From contig JAXEOR010000156.1 of the NCBI GenBank assembly GCA_034117945.1, positions 1-38,556 of the forward strand: a DNA stretch of 38,556 nt, in the 5' to 3' direction. The position numbers and the translations under genes are program-made. The notes below the pieces were generated by a model. The model made no database searches and had not been told where the DNA came from. It saw only the letters and a program-made list of their open reading frames with translations. Positions 26,293-36,118 of this stretch are shown here, in pieces (position 1 is the stretch's first letter; every line of letters starts with the position of its first letter). Source of the stretch: Clostridia bacterium. GTDB lineage: Bacteria; Bacillota; Clostridia; HGM11514.

Positions 26293-26367
26293 TGGTGACC
26301 CGTGGGGGAATCGAACCCCCGTTATCGCCGTGAAAGGGCGGTGTCTTAACCGCTTGACCAACGGGCC
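26293..26367 (-). tRNA. tRNA-Glu (anticodon UUC), encoded CCA
   Basis: The minus strand reads GGCCCGTTGGTCAAGCGGTTAAGACACCGCCCTTTCACGGCGATAACGGGGGTTCGATTCCCCCACGGGTCACCA. The anticodon loop is CTTTCAC. The anticodon arm is nearly identical to that of E. coli tRNA-Glu. Confidence 0.9.
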
Positions 26368-26540
26368 ATAGATCATAAAATAAAAAATGCTTGCCGCTGT
26401 CTTTGAGACAATGCTTTTTGCAAGTGTTTTCGCCAAAAAGCAACCCGGCTCAATTGATCCTTTACTATTATACTCTATATTATGTTGTTTGTCAAGAAAA
26501 ATATTTAAAAACTTGTTATTTTTTTATTTTTTCTGCGGTA

Positions 26541-26569
26541 TTGACAAAAAGAACAAAAAGACGTATAAT
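26541..26569 (+). promoter_or_regulatory. Sigma-A promoter of the HD-hydE-mnmA cluster
   Basis: TTGACA (26541-26546), a 17-nt spacer, then TATAAT (26564-26569). Confidence 0.65.
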
Positions 26570-26674
26570 ACTTATTATATAGATAGGTTTTATATTCTAT
26601 GTACAAACCGCTTTTTCCGCTGGTGGGATAAAATAAAGACGGTTAAATTATAGTCGAAGAAAGGAGCTGTCGCG

Positions 26675-27265
26675 ATGACGGATCAAAACAATAGCGAGAA
26701 AAAAATCACCCGGGAGGAAGCATGGGAGCTGCTCACGGAATTTAATAAAGACCATTTTCATTTAAAGCATGCCTTGACGGTAGAGGGCGTGATGAAATAT
26801 TTTGCAAACGAGCTTGGTTATGGAGAGGAAGCAGACTTTTGGGGCATCGTGGGGCTTTTGCATGATCTGGATTTTGAGCAGTTTCCCCAGCAACACTGCA
26901 TCAAGGAGCAGGAAATCATGCGCAGTCGCCATCGGGAAGAACGGCTGATTCATGCCGTTGCCAGCCATGGTTACGGGCTGACAGTTGACATCAAGCCGGA
27001 GCACGAAATGGAAAAGGTGCTGTATGCGGTAGACGAGCTGACAGGGCTGATCGACGCAGTTGCGGTGATACGGCCCTCCAAAAGCGTTTCCGATCTGGAG
27101 CTGAAATCGGTGAAGAAAAAATATAAAAGCGCCAATTTTGCCGCCGGCTGTTCCAGAGAAGTCATTGAACGGGGAGCCGCTATGCTGGGATGGGGACTGG
27201 ATGATCTGATTTCCAAAACAATTTTGGCAATGAGGAGCTGTGAAAGCGTTTATGAAGCAATTTGA
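26675..27265 (+). CDS. HD-domain (HDIG-like) metal-dependent phosphohydrolase
   Basis: H...HD signature (HLKHALTVEG...LLHDLDFEQ) with later His residues (ASHGYG). Confidence 0.75.
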   Translation: MTDQNNSEKKITREEAWELLTEFNKDHFHLKHALTVEGVMKYFANELGYGEEADFWGIVGLLHDLDFEQFPQQHCIKEQEIMRSRHREERLIHAVASHGYGLTVDIKPEHEMEKVLYAVDELTGLIDAVAVIRPSKSVSDLELKSVKKKYKSANFAAGCSREVIERGAAMLGWGLDDLISKTILAMRSCESVYEAI

Positions 27266-28307
27266 AGCGATGATCAATACCCTCGTCCAAACCCATGATT
27301 TACCGGAGGACGAGCTGAAGGAGCTCCTGGAAACCTCCGCCTCTGACACGCTGCTGTTCTCAGCCGCAGACAAGGTCAGGCGAAGTATATACGGCGACGA
27401 GGTATATCTCCGGGGACTTATCGAGTTTACCAATTACTGCAAAAACAACTGTTATTACTGCGGCATTCGAAGGGACAACAAAGAGGCAGTGCGGTACCGT
27501 CTTGACAAGGAAGAAATTCTCGCCTGCTGCAAGGAGGGCTATGCCCTGGGATTTCGCACCTTTGTGCTGCAGGGCGGAGAGGATCCCTTTTACAACGATC
27601 AGATGATCTGCGAAATTGTTTCTGCCATACGGGAGCAGTTTGCAGACTGCGCCATCACCCTTTCCATCGGAGAAAAAAGCAGAAAAAGCTATCTTGATTA
27701 CTACAACGCAGGCGCAAACCGGTATCTGTTAAGGCATGAAACCGCAGAGGAGGCTCACTACCGCAGACTTCATCCTGACAGTATGAGCCTGAAAAACCGA
27801 AAGCGGTGCTTGTTTGATTTAAAGGAAATTGGCTATCAGGTGGGAAGCGGCTTTATGGTAGGCTCTCCCGATCAGACAACCCAAAATTTAATTGCCGATC
27901 TGCGTTTTTTACAGGAATTAAAGCCGGACATGATCGGGATCGGCCCCTATCTCACCCACCATCAAACCCCCTTTGCAGGTTGCCCTGACGGCAGTCTGGC
28001 TTTGACGCTGCGGATGATTTCCCTAGTCAGACTTATGTTTCCTTATGGGCTGATTCCGGCTACAACAGCCCTGGGAACCATTCATCCCCAGGGGCGGGAG
28101 ATGGGACTGAAGGCCGGCGCCAATGTGGTAATGCCCAATCTTTCGCCCGTAAGAGTACGCAAGCTTTACCAGCTTTATGAAAATAAGATTTGTACCGGCG
28201 AGGAGGCGGCGCAATGCCGGGGGTGCCTGGAGCGCCGGGTGGAGTCGGCGGGCTACCGGGTTGTTACCGCAATCGGTGATGTGAAAAAAGGAGGCGGGAT
28301 CGGATGA
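27240..28307 (+). CDS. hydE: [FeFe]-hydrogenase maturase HydE (radical SAM)
   Basis: LRGLIEFTNYCKNNCYYCGIRRDN contains the CxxxCxxC motif in the HydE-typical context. The size is about 350 aa. The start is uncertain (GTG 27240, ATG 27252 or ATG 27270) because the ORF overlaps the upstream gene. Confidence 0.75.
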   Translation: MKAFMKQFEAMINTLVQTHDLPEDELKELLETSASDTLLFSAADKVRRSIYGDEVYLRGLIEFTNYCKNNCYYCGIRRDNKEAVRYRLDKEEILACCKEGYALGFRTFVLQGGEDPFYNDQMICEIVSAIREQFADCAITLSIGEKSRKSYLDYYNAGANRYLLRHETAEEAHYRRLHPDSMSLKNRKRCLFDLKEIGYQVGSGFMVGSPDQTTQNLIADLRFLQELKPDMIGIGPYLTHHQTPFAGCPDGSLALTLRMISLVRLMFPYGLIPATTALGTIHPQGREMGLKAGANVVMPNLSPVRVRKLYQLYENKICTGEEAAQCRGCLERRVESAGYRVVTAIGDVKKGGGIG

Positions 28308-29377
28308 ATCAAAAGGCTTTGATTGCCATGAGCGGCGGTGTGGATTCCAGCGTGGCCGCATACCTGATTAAGGAGCAGGGTTATGAATGTATGGGCGCAA
28401 CCATGAAGCTGTTTCAAAGCCGGGAGGGATGCGCTCCCCGAGAAAACTCCTGCTGCTCCTTAGCGGATGTGGCAGATGCCAGAAGCGTTGCTTATACTTT
28501 GAACATTCCCTATTATGTGTTCAACTTTACCGATCGGTTTCAAAGGGACGTGATTGACCGGTTTGTAGCCGCTTATGAAACAGGAGCAACCCCCAACCCC
28601 TGTATTGACTGTAACCGGTATCTGAAATTTGAAAAGCTGTTTCAGCGAGCCAAGGAATTGTATTACGACTATGTTGTTACCGGTCATTATGCTCGGATTG
28701 AATGGGACAGGGGCTCCGGCCGGTTTCTGCTGAAAAAGGCCGTTGACGAAACAAAGGATCAAAGCTATGTGCTTTATGCCATGACTCAGGAGCAGCTTGC
28801 CCATACCCTGTTTCCCCTGGGCAGCCTGCGCAAAGCGCAGGTGCGCCAAATTGCCCGGGAGCAGGGCTTTGTGAATGCCAAAAAGCGTGACAGTCAGGAT
28901 ATATGCTTTGTGCAGCAGGGAAGCTATGCCGATTTTATAGAAGACTATACCGGAAAAGTATATCCGCCCGGCAACTTTATTTCTCAGGACGGCACTGTTT
29001 TGGGAACGCACAAAGGCATCATTCACTATACCGTGGGACAGCGCAGGGGGCTGGGCATTTCCTATGAGGAGCCCCTGTATGTGACGGCGGTCAACCCTGC
29101 TGACAACACCGTTACCCTGGGAACAAGCAATGATTTGTATTCCAAAACCCTGACCGCAGGCAATGTGAATCTCATTGGGGCGGAAAGACTGGACAAGCCG
29201 GTTCGTGTCAAAGCGAAGGTGCGCTACCGCCAGCCGGAGCAGCCCGCAACCCTGATCCAAACAGGCGAGGATTCTGTTACGGTCGAGTTTGATCAGCCTC
29301 AAAGAGCGGTTACCAAGGGGCAGGCCGTTGTGTTTTATGAGGGCGATGTGGTTTTGGGGGGCGGAACCATCCAATGA
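28304..29377 (+). CDS. mnmA: tRNA 2-thiouridine(34) synthase MnmA
   Basis: The PP-loop AMSGGVDSSVAA and the conserved Cys (NPCIDCN) are present. The size is 357 aa. Confidence 0.9.
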   Translation: MNQKALIAMSGGVDSSVAAYLIKEQGYECMGATMKLFQSREGCAPRENSCCSLADVADARSVAYTLNIPYYVFNFTDRFQRDVIDRFVAAYETGATPNPCIDCNRYLKFEKLFQRAKELYYDYVVTGHYARIEWDRGSGRFLLKKAVDETKDQSYVLYAMTQEQLAHTLFPLGSLRKAQVRQIAREQGFVNAKKRDSQDICFVQQGSYADFIEDYTGKVYPPGNFISQDGTVLGTHKGIIHYTVGQRRGLGISYEEPLYVTAVNPADNTVTLGTSNDLYSKTLTAGNVNLIGAERLDKPVRVKAKVRYRQPEQPATLIQTGEDSVTVEFDQPQRAVTKGQAVVFYEGDVVLGGGTIQ

Positions 29378-29619
29378 ATGTGGGGAAAGGGCGGCTTTTC
29401 TAACATCGAGCCAGAATGAATTCTGTTTCACATTGGGGGGCTTTGCCCCTCTTTTTTTGTAGGCCAAGCAAAATCCTTTACGAGAACAAAGGAAAACCGT
29501 TGCAATTAACCGAAAACTATAGTATAATAAATACAAATCAATGTGCGGCATCTCTTAGGGAGAGCCCTCTACAAAGAACGGAACAATCAAATGAACCTGC
29601 GGAACAAAGGAGAAAAAAG

Positions 29620-30813
29620 ATGAGTTTATTTCAGCCTGCAAACATTCTGCTTCCCAAAAGCAGTATTTCTTTCAACAAATGGTGCGTGGTAGCCTGCGAC
29701 CAGTATACCTCCCGGCCGGATTACTGGGAAAGGGTGGAGCAGCTGGTGGGAGACAGCCCCAGCACCCTGCGTCTGGTTTATCCGGAGGCCTATCTGTCCC
29801 AGGGAGAGGGCAGAATTGCCGCCATCAACCAAGCCATGGAGCAATATCTGGCCGACGGGGTATTTTGCGAGTATCCCAACAGCCTGATTTATGTGGAACG
29901 CACCCTGTCCGGCGGAAGAATCCGCCGAGGCATTGTGGGGGCGGTTGATTTGGAGGAGTATGATTATCAAAAGGGCTCCAAAAGTAAAATCCGTGCCACC
30001 GAGGGAACCGTTCTGGAGCGCATTCCTCCCCGGGTCAAAATCCGTCAAAATGCTCCCCTGGAGCTGCCTCATGTGATTTTGCTGATCGACGATCCGGCGC
30101 AGGCAATCATAGAAGGAGTTCAACCTGGGAAACTATTATATGAAACGGAGCTGATGGCCGGAGGAGGTCGCCTGACCGGCCGGGAAATCGATCCGGAGGA
30201 AACTGCGGCCTTTTTAGATAGATTTCAGAAGCTGGAGCAGTCCGCCCCTGACGGGCTGGTGCTGGCGGTAGGAGACGGAAACCATTCCTTAGCCTCTGCA
30301 AAGGCCTGCTGGGAGGCTATTAAGCCGTCCCTTTCTCCTGAGGAGCGGGAAACCCATCCCGCCCGGTTCTGCCTGGCGGAGGTGGAAAATATTCACGATC
30401 CGGCACAGGAATTTGAACCCATTCATCGGGTTGTGTTCGGAACTCAGCCGGAGCAGCTGCTGGAAGGCTTTTTGTCGCTGCCTCAGGTGTCACAAGCACC
30501 GGGAGGACAACAAATCACCTGCCTGTATGCGGGCAAGGAGATCACAGTTTTTCTGAATAATGTTACCCTGGCGGTGGGTCTGCTGCAAAAATATCTGGAC
30601 GAGCAGGGGGCTCAGGTGGATTATATCCACGGAGAGGATGAGGTTCGGCGGCTTTCCTCCCAGCCCGGAAATCTGGGATTTTTACTGCCCAAGCCGGGAA
30701 AATCGGAGCTGTTTCGTACCGTTATTCAGGACGGGACTCTTCCCCGGAAAACCTTTTCCATGGGAGAAGCCAACGAAAAGCGGTATTACATGGAGGCAAA
30801 AAAAATCAGATAA
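29620..30813 (+). CDS. DUF1015-family protein
   Basis: I chose ATG 29620 because an AAAGGAG RBS precedes it; the ORF track starts at 29416, inside a terminator/promoter region. The N-terminus MSLFQPANILLPK...VVACDQYTS is typical of DUF1015. Confidence 0.7.
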   Translation: MSLFQPANILLPKSSISFNKWCVVACDQYTSRPDYWERVEQLVGDSPSTLRLVYPEAYLSQGEGRIAAINQAMEQYLADGVFCEYPNSLIYVERTLSGGRIRRGIVGAVDLEEYDYQKGSKSKIRATEGTVLERIPPRVKIRQNAPLELPHVILLIDDPAQAIIEGVQPGKLLYETELMAGGGRLTGREIDPEETAAFLDRFQKLEQSAPDGLVLAVGDGNHSLASAKACWEAIKPSLSPEERETHPARFCLAEVENIHDPAQEFEPIHRVVFGTQPEQLLEGFLSLPQVSQAPGGQQITCLYAGKEITVFLNNVTLAVGLLQKYLDEQGAQVDYIHGEDEVRRLSSQPGNLGFLLPKPGKSELFRTVIQDGTLPRKTFSMGEANEKRYYMEAKKIR

Positions 30814-30875
30814 GGCCAAGGCTGCTTGGCTGCAACATTTTATAAAGATACGAACAGAAAAGAGGAGGAAGTGAG

Positions 30876-33209
30876 TTGAAAAAGCGATTTGGGTTATTGG
30901 GCTTGGCTTTTTTGTTGGTGTTTAGCTGCTTTTGCAGTGCCGGTGCAGAGGAAGGAGAGAAATATGCTACCCGTGGCAGGGTGCTGGAAATGATTTTAAC
31001 CGCTGCGGACGCATATTATGAAAATCTGCAGCCCTCCGATATTATGAAGGGGGACGGAGACGGCCAGTTAAGAGAGAACGATCCGGTAATCCGGGTGGAG
31101 GCCATGGCTATGCTCAGCCGTGCCTTTCCGGATCTTCCTGCTGCGTCGGAGTATCAATATTCCCTGGGCAGCTTTGGCATTACCTTTACCGATCTCCCTC
31201 AATGGGCGGAGGCAGATCTTTCTAACCTGACCCGGGCGGGCATTGTGGCGGGCTATCCAGACGGCCGGCTGGGGGTTGAGGATTATGTGACCGAAGAGCA
31301 AATGACGCTGATGATCCGCCGGATCTGGGCATATTTGGGCAGTAATTTGAAGGACGATTTTTACAGCTTCTGCAACAAGCCCTGGCTGGACACTGCCACC
31401 CTTTCTGCCAGCCAGCTGGAGGCGGGAACCTTTCAGCAGGCAGACAGTCAGGTCAGTCAGCGGCTGCAGGAATATGTGGAAGAGGTGGCCTCCAAGCAGT
31501 GGCGCACGGATACACCGGAGCAAAGAATAAAAAATTTCTATCTTTCCGCCTTGGACACGGAGGACGGCAATCCGCAAGGACTGTTTGCCCTGCGGACCTT
31601 TCTGATTGGCTACGATCAGGCAGAGTCTCTTCAGGAGCTGATGGATCTCCATGCCAAGATCAGCAAATTGATGGGAGACGGGGGGATTTTAGGCCTGACG
31701 GTTGATGTGGATCTCCTGACAGGAGAACGGTATGTGCCCTATGTGACGGGGGCTGCGGGAATTTTGGAAAAGTCCTATTTTACCACTGAGGACGAGCAGG
31801 CAAAGGAGGCCTATCTGAATTACGTTTCCGATCTGCTGATTCTGGGGGGCGAGGAAAAGCTTACAGCCAAAAAGCATGCCATGCAGCTGTATGAAATGGA
31901 GAAGGAAATCGCCCTGGCATCTTTGGATCCCAAGGACTATTATACTTTTGAAAAAACCTATCACAGATACCAGCCCTTAGCCCTGCGGCAGCTGTTTCGG
32001 GATTTCTCGCCGGAGCCCCTGCTGGAGGATATGGACGGGGTGGGATTTTTCGTTATCACAGATTTGGGCAGAGTGCAAAAAACCATTGAATACTGCACAG
32101 AGGACAATCTGGAGCTTTTGAAAACCTATATGAAATTCTGGCTGCTGGAGGGCTGCTCCTCTCTGCTGGGAGAAGAATTTTATCAGCCGGGAGCGGAGTT
32201 GATGAATTCACTGTATGGGGTTGAGCTGACCTATGACAGCAAGCAGATGTCAGCCCAGCTGGTGCAGGGATATCTGGGAGAATATCTGGAGGAGTTTTAC
32301 GCAAAGGAATACTGCTCTCCTCAAATTAAAGAGGACGTGACCGATCTGGTTCTCCAGCTGAAGGAGGCCTTCCGAGTCAGGCTGGAGCAGGCGGACTGGC
32401 TTGGGGAAGAAACCAGAAAGCAGGCTATAGAAAAGCTGAACAGCATGATTCTGAACATTGCTTATTCAGAGGAGTTTTACGATTCCTACGAGGGAGAATA
32501 TTTTGAAAATGATTTGCTGACAAACGCACTGATTGTCCGCTCCTATTTGTATGACCTGAGCTGTTTTGCAATCGGGCAGGAGGCAAGCCGTGACCGTTGG
32601 ATCATGCCTTGCTACACCGTGAATGCGGCTTATGACCCTTCCGCAAATTCCATTACCATTCCTGCCGGCATTTTGCAGCAGCCCTTTTATGACCCCTATG
32701 GGGAGGAGGAAGAAAATCTGGGAGGAATCGGTACGATTATTGCCCACGAAATTACCCATGCTTTTGATGACAGCGGCGCCCAATATGACAAAACAGGCAG
32801 GTATGATAATTGGTGGACCAAGGAAGATCTTCAGGCGTTTCAACAAAAATGCACCCAGGTGGAGGAATTTTATGACGGATGGGAAATCAGCAATTACGCC
32901 AAGTGTGACGGAGCCTTAACCCTGGGAGAAAATGTGGCGGATCTGGGGGGCATGGCCTGCACCCTGGAGGTGATGAAAACCCTGGAGGATCCCGATTATG
33001 CCTTGTTTTTTGAAAGCTATGCAGGGCTTTGGAGGGATTATGTCAGAAGGGAAATGGTCAGCTATTATGCGGACAATGACGTGCATGCACCTGCCAGTCT
33101 TCGGGTGAACAGAGTGGTTGTGAATTTCCAGGAATTTTACGATACCTATGGGATAGAGCCGGGAGACGGCATGTATTTTCCTCCCAAGGAGCGAGTTAGG
33201 GTTTGGTAA
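30876..33209 (+). CDS. Secreted M13-family zinc metallopeptidase (PepO-like) with an N-terminal SLH-like module
   Basis: There is a signal peptide. The SLH-like segment is FTDLPQWAEADLSNLTRAGIVAGYPDGRLG. The zinc-site motifs are HEITHAF (HExxH) and GENVADLGG. The TTG start is preceded by GAGGAGGAAG. Confidence 0.85.
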   Translation: MKKRFGLLGLAFLLVFSCFCSAGAEEGEKYATRGRVLEMILTAADAYYENLQPSDIMKGDGDGQLRENDPVIRVEAMAMLSRAFPDLPAASEYQYSLGSFGITFTDLPQWAEADLSNLTRAGIVAGYPDGRLGVEDYVTEEQMTLMIRRIWAYLGSNLKDDFYSFCNKPWLDTATLSASQLEAGTFQQADSQVSQRLQEYVEEVASKQWRTDTPEQRIKNFYLSALDTEDGNPQGLFALRTFLIGYDQAESLQELMDLHAKISKLMGDGGILGLTVDVDLLTGERYVPYVTGAAGILEKSYFTTEDEQAKEAYLNYVSDLLILGGEEKLTAKKHAMQLYEMEKEIALASLDPKDYYTFEKTYHRYQPLALRQLFRDFSPEPLLEDMDGVGFFVITDLGRVQKTIEYCTEDNLELLKTYMKFWLLEGCSSLLGEEFYQPGAELMNSLYGVELTYDSKQMSAQLVQGYLGEYLEEFYAKEYCSPQIKEDVTDLVLQLKEAFRVRLEQADWLGEETRKQAIEKLNSMILNIAYSEEFYDSYEGEYFENDLLTNALIVRSYLYDLSCFAIGQEASRDRWIMPCYTVNAAYDPSANSITIPAGILQQPFYDPYGEEEENLGGIGTIIAHEITHAFDDSGAQYDKTGRYDNWWTKEDLQAFQQKCTQVEEFYDGWEISNYAKCDGALTLGENVADLGGMACTLEVMKTLEDPDYALFFESYAGLWRDYVRREMVSYYADNDVHAPASLRVNRVVVNFQEFYDTYGIEPGDGMYFPPKERVRVW

Positions 33210-33225
33210 CAAACAGAGCAGAACA

Positions 33226-33272
33226 GTCCCCGGCGCCAACGAAGATTGGCGCCGGGGACCCTCTCTTTTTTT
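33226..33272. terminator. Bidirectional intrinsic terminator between convergent genes
   Basis: Perfect 12-bp stem GTCCCCGGCGCC (33226-33237) / GGCGCCGGGGAC (33248-33259), then CCTCTCTTTTTTT. Confidence 0.85.
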
Positions 33273-33295
33273 CGGAGCAGCCGCTTCTGTCCTTG

Positions 33296-34027
33296 TTATT
33301 TGCAGTGACTGTGGTAGTCAAATGAGGCAGAATCGTCAAAATCCTCTCTTTGGGGCGGGAAAAATTCATCAAAGGGGAATTGGATTCTCTCAAACAGATC
33401 GCAGGGATTATCCTCTGTTGCGGAGATACATTCCTTCTGAGGAATACAGAAATCAAAGGACGGGATCAACAGCTGGGTCTTTCTTTCCAGCTTAACGATG
33501 GTGAACAGTCCTAAAGAAACCTGAACTCTCTTGTGCTCGCCGGAAGAAACCAGCTCGTCATTAAAGCATCCGCAAATAAACTGAGGAATGCTGCAGGGAT
33601 CTTCACAGCAGGAGCATTTTTCAACCAATCTTGCTCCCAGGCAGATGGGATCAACAGCCTCCACAACAGCCTTGGGAAGGTTGGTTTTGCCGGTCAGCTG
33701 GGTGTCAGATTCGTTGGGACGATACTTTGAGGTGAAGATCTTGGCGTTTCCTTCCGAGCCGAACAGAATCACCTTTTTGTCAAAGGTGGCCAGACCCTCC
33801 GCCTGAACGGGCGTTCCCACGCCGGTAAAGACATCCAGGGTAATCCGGAAGAAGTATTTGATATCAACCGTGAAAAAGCCCCGGTTGAAGGGCACAGCCT
33901 CCACATCGCTGTAAATCCAGATAATTTCAGCTTTGCGGCATTTTACATTGATTGCCCGGTTAATCAGCTCCTGATCCGGCCGGGTGAATAATACATTTAG
34001 ATTCTCGAGACAGTCTTTTTCATAGGA
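33296..34027 (-). pseudogene. 5'-truncated Cys-rich hypothetical CDS, apparently interrupted by the recombinase-bearing element
   Basis: The ORF track begins at GTG 33904. The same frame stays open and protein-like for 41 more codons (SYEKDCLENLNVLFTRPDQELINRAINVKCRKAEIIWIYSDVEAVPF...) up to 34027. No ATG, GTG or TTG start occurs there. It ends 17 nt from the recombinase stop, where composition drops to AT-rich. Confidence 0.55.
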
Positions 34028-34043
34028 TTACGCATGATAGAAA

Positions 34044-35537
34044 TTATTTATGTAGCTTGAAATGAATGTCTAAAAAGAAATCGTTGTTCCATTCTCCCTT
34101 TTTTCTTTCATAACTGGCATATGAAACAATTGATTTCAGCATGATGTTTTTTTCCTCTGGATTGCTGCCCCAATAATTTTTTAATAGTTTCTTTGCGTTT
34201 GGAATAAAATCCTCGTTTGTCAGCTTCTGATTTAATTCGTTTAAAATTTCTTTTTGTTCCTCGATTGATTTTTCGATGGCTTCTATTTCTCTTTCAATCG
34301 TTTCTTTTCTTTCCATGAATGTCGGAATATCATAAACCCCCTGCTCCAAAAGATCGTGCAGCTTATTCTTTTGGCCGATTGTGACAGTGAGTTTCTTTTC
34401 TAATTTTTCAATTGCATTTTCCGTTGATTCTGTTTGGCCTTTGTCTATTCCAAAGTCAACAAGTCCGCTTTCGCATTTTTTAACGAAATTGTCTATGTCT
34501 CGATAGAACTGTTTTTCCACCTGTTCAACGGTAGCGGATTTCGTGCACCCCTTTGTTGTGCAAATAACTCTCTGCCAATTGTGCTTCTTTGAATATTGCC
34601 TTGTCATCAAAGAGCCGCAAACGCCACAGTACAGCAATCCGCAAAACGGATTCTTGACTGTTCCGTTATTGCTTGGTGGATGAGAATGAGAACGTCTTAT
34701 TTTATCCGCTTTCCAAAAAATATCTTCATCTACAATCGCCGGATGCTTTCCCTTTACAACGATCCAATCTTTTTCCGGCATGATTTGCCTCCTGTTTTTT
34801 TCATCAGGAGATTTTTTTCGGATGTGTTTGTTCCTGTTCCATTGAATCAATCCGATGTATGTTTTATTTTGCAAAATAAACCGAACTGTATTTCTTGAAA
34901 AACCGGTTCCTTTTCTTCCCGACAGACCCATCTGGTTCAAGTGGTTTGCAATGGAGTAGGTACCCATGTTTTGGTTGACGTACATATCAAAAATCATCCG
35001 AACAACTTCCGCCTGCTCCGGGTGTGGTGACAGAGTGGGAATTTTTCCGTCCCACGCTCTAATGTATCCATATGGAGGCTCTGCGATATAGCCGCCCTGT
35101 TCAATTGTTCTTTTCCGGCCTTCTCCCATTCTTCTCTTAATTGCCTTTAATTCATTTCTGGCAATGATCCCTTTGAATTCAAAAAACATTTCGTCCTTTT
35201 CATTGCCCGGATTGTAAACTTCCCTTGGAGTAATAATTTTTGTATCAGTGTACCGGAATTTATTCATCATCAAACCTTGCTCCTGCATATCGCCACGGCC
35301 GAGACGGTCAATGTCCATGCACAAAACAGCGTCGTAATTCTCCAGCTCAGACAATAATTTCAGCATTTCCGGGCGGTTGAAAATACTCTCTCCGCTGACA
35401 ACCTCCTCATATATTTTCGTAACAGTAAGATTGTTTTTGGCCGCAAATTCAAGAAGTGTTTCCTTATGCTTTGCCAATGTGTCCTCTGCGTTTTGTTCAT
35501 CAGCCCTTGACTTTCTTAAATATATCGCCGTTTTCAA
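34044..35537 (-). CDS. Large serine recombinase (resolvase/invertase N-domain, recombinase domain, zinc ribbon, coiled coil)
   Basis: The N-terminus MKTAIYLRKSRADE carries the catalytic Ser context. The zinc ribbon is CGLLYCGVCGS...CTTKGC. The C-terminus is coiled-coil. The TTG start is preceded by GGTGA. Confidence 0.9.
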   Translation of the reverse strand: MKTAIYLRKSRADEQNAEDTLAKHKETLLEFAAKNNLTVTKIYEEVVSGESIFNRPEMLKLLSELENYDAVLCMDIDRLGRGDMQEQGLMMNKFRYTDTKIITPREVYNPGNEKDEMFFEFKGIIARNELKAIKRRMGEGRKRTIEQGGYIAEPPYGYIRAWDGKIPTLSPHPEQAEVVRMIFDMYVNQNMGTYSIANHLNQMGLSGRKGTGFSRNTVRFILQNKTYIGLIQWNRNKHIRKKSPDEKNRRQIMPEKDWIVVKGKHPAIVDEDIFWKADKIRRSHSHPPSNNGTVKNPFCGLLYCGVCGSLMTRQYSKKHNWQRVICTTKGCTKSATVEQVEKQFYRDIDNFVKKCESGLVDFGIDKGQTESTENAIEKLEKKLTVTIGQKNKLHDLLEQGVYDIPTFMERKETIEREIEAIEKSIEEQKEILNELNQKLTNEDFIPNAKKLLKNYWGSNPEEKNIMLKSIVSYASYERKKGEWNNDFFLDIHFKLHK

Positions 35538-35613
35538 TGGATCACCGCCAATTTTTTGAAGAATCGTGTCTATAATATCTGTTTACATTATTTTAAATAT
35601 TTTATAGATTTAT

Positions 35614-35811
35614 TTATCTGAATCTATAATCAATTCCACTTTGCTTTAAGATAGCGTTTGCAGTATGCCTTGATTTGATTTTTGTATCAACAGTTACATG
35701 ACGAAGAGTGATTGGGCTGTACCAAATATCATGATCACCTTTTCCGTGTCTTATAAAGGTACACTTATTTTGACTGAGAATTTCACGGACTTTCTTTTCA
35801 TATTCAGCCAT
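35614..35811 (-). CDS. hicA: HicA-family mRNA interferase toxin
   Basis: The 65-aa protein contains ...FIRHGKGDHDIWYSP...KSRHTANAILKQSGI, typical of HicA/YcfA. It overlaps the hicB stop by 1 nt. Confidence 0.8.
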   Translation of the reverse strand: MAEYEKKVREILSQNKCTFIRHGKGDHDIWYSPITLRHVTVDTKIKSRHTANAILKQSGIDYRFR

Positions 35812-36029
35812 TACAGAGCAATCCTTTCATGTCTTTCTGATACAAAAATTAAAGTAGAAGATGTTTTTTGTGATTGGTTCAGTTCTAGCAATTCCGGCAC
35901 GGCAAATCTGACACGCTCCAGAAGGGCATCAAATGAACCCGCTTCCAGTACAAGACCCGGAACATCATCACTTGTTGCAATCCAAACATTTGCTTCCGGA
36001 TCCCATGATATATGAATGATATAGTCCAT
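35811..36029 (-). CDS. hicB: HicB-like antitoxin (DUF1902-type)
   Basis: MDYIIHISWDPEANVWIATSDDVPGLVLEAGSFDALLERV matches the DUF1902/HicB N-terminal fold pattern. Confidence 0.7.
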   Translation of the reverse strand: MDYIIHISWDPEANVWIATSDDVPGLVLEAGSFDALLERVRFAVPELLELNQSQKTSSTLIFVSERHERIAL

Positions 36030-36050
36030 AACAATATACCTCCTGTGTTT

Positions 36051-36079
36051 ATTATATGGTAAATATATATTTTTATCAA
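36051..36079 (-). promoter_or_regulatory. Sigma-A promoter of hicBA
   Basis: On the minus strand: TTGATA (36074-36079), a 17-nt spacer, then TATAAT (36051-36056). Confidence 0.6.
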
Positions 36080-36118
36080 CTATTTATTCTACCTTCACGA
36101 TAACCTTTCCAATGCATT

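Noticed and set aside
26134-26443. ORFs 26134-26436, 26180-26371 and 26213-26443 from the track
   Set aside because: They overlap tRNA-Glu and its terminator/repeat module on both strands. There is no independent coding evidence.
26570-26674. About 100-nt leader upstream of the HD-domain gene, and the roughly 115-nt leader at 15935-16051, examined for riboswitch or T-box features
   Set aside because: I could not recognise any conserved riboswitch core, specifier/T-box sequence or terminator/antiterminator alternative.
29416-29619. N-terminal extension of the DUF1015 ORF given in the track
   Set aside because: The extension spans a terminator-like hairpin (GGGGGC..GCCCC plus a T-run near 29444-29468) and a TTGCAA-17-TATAAT promoter. 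The family-typical N-terminus starts at ATG 29620, which has an RBS.
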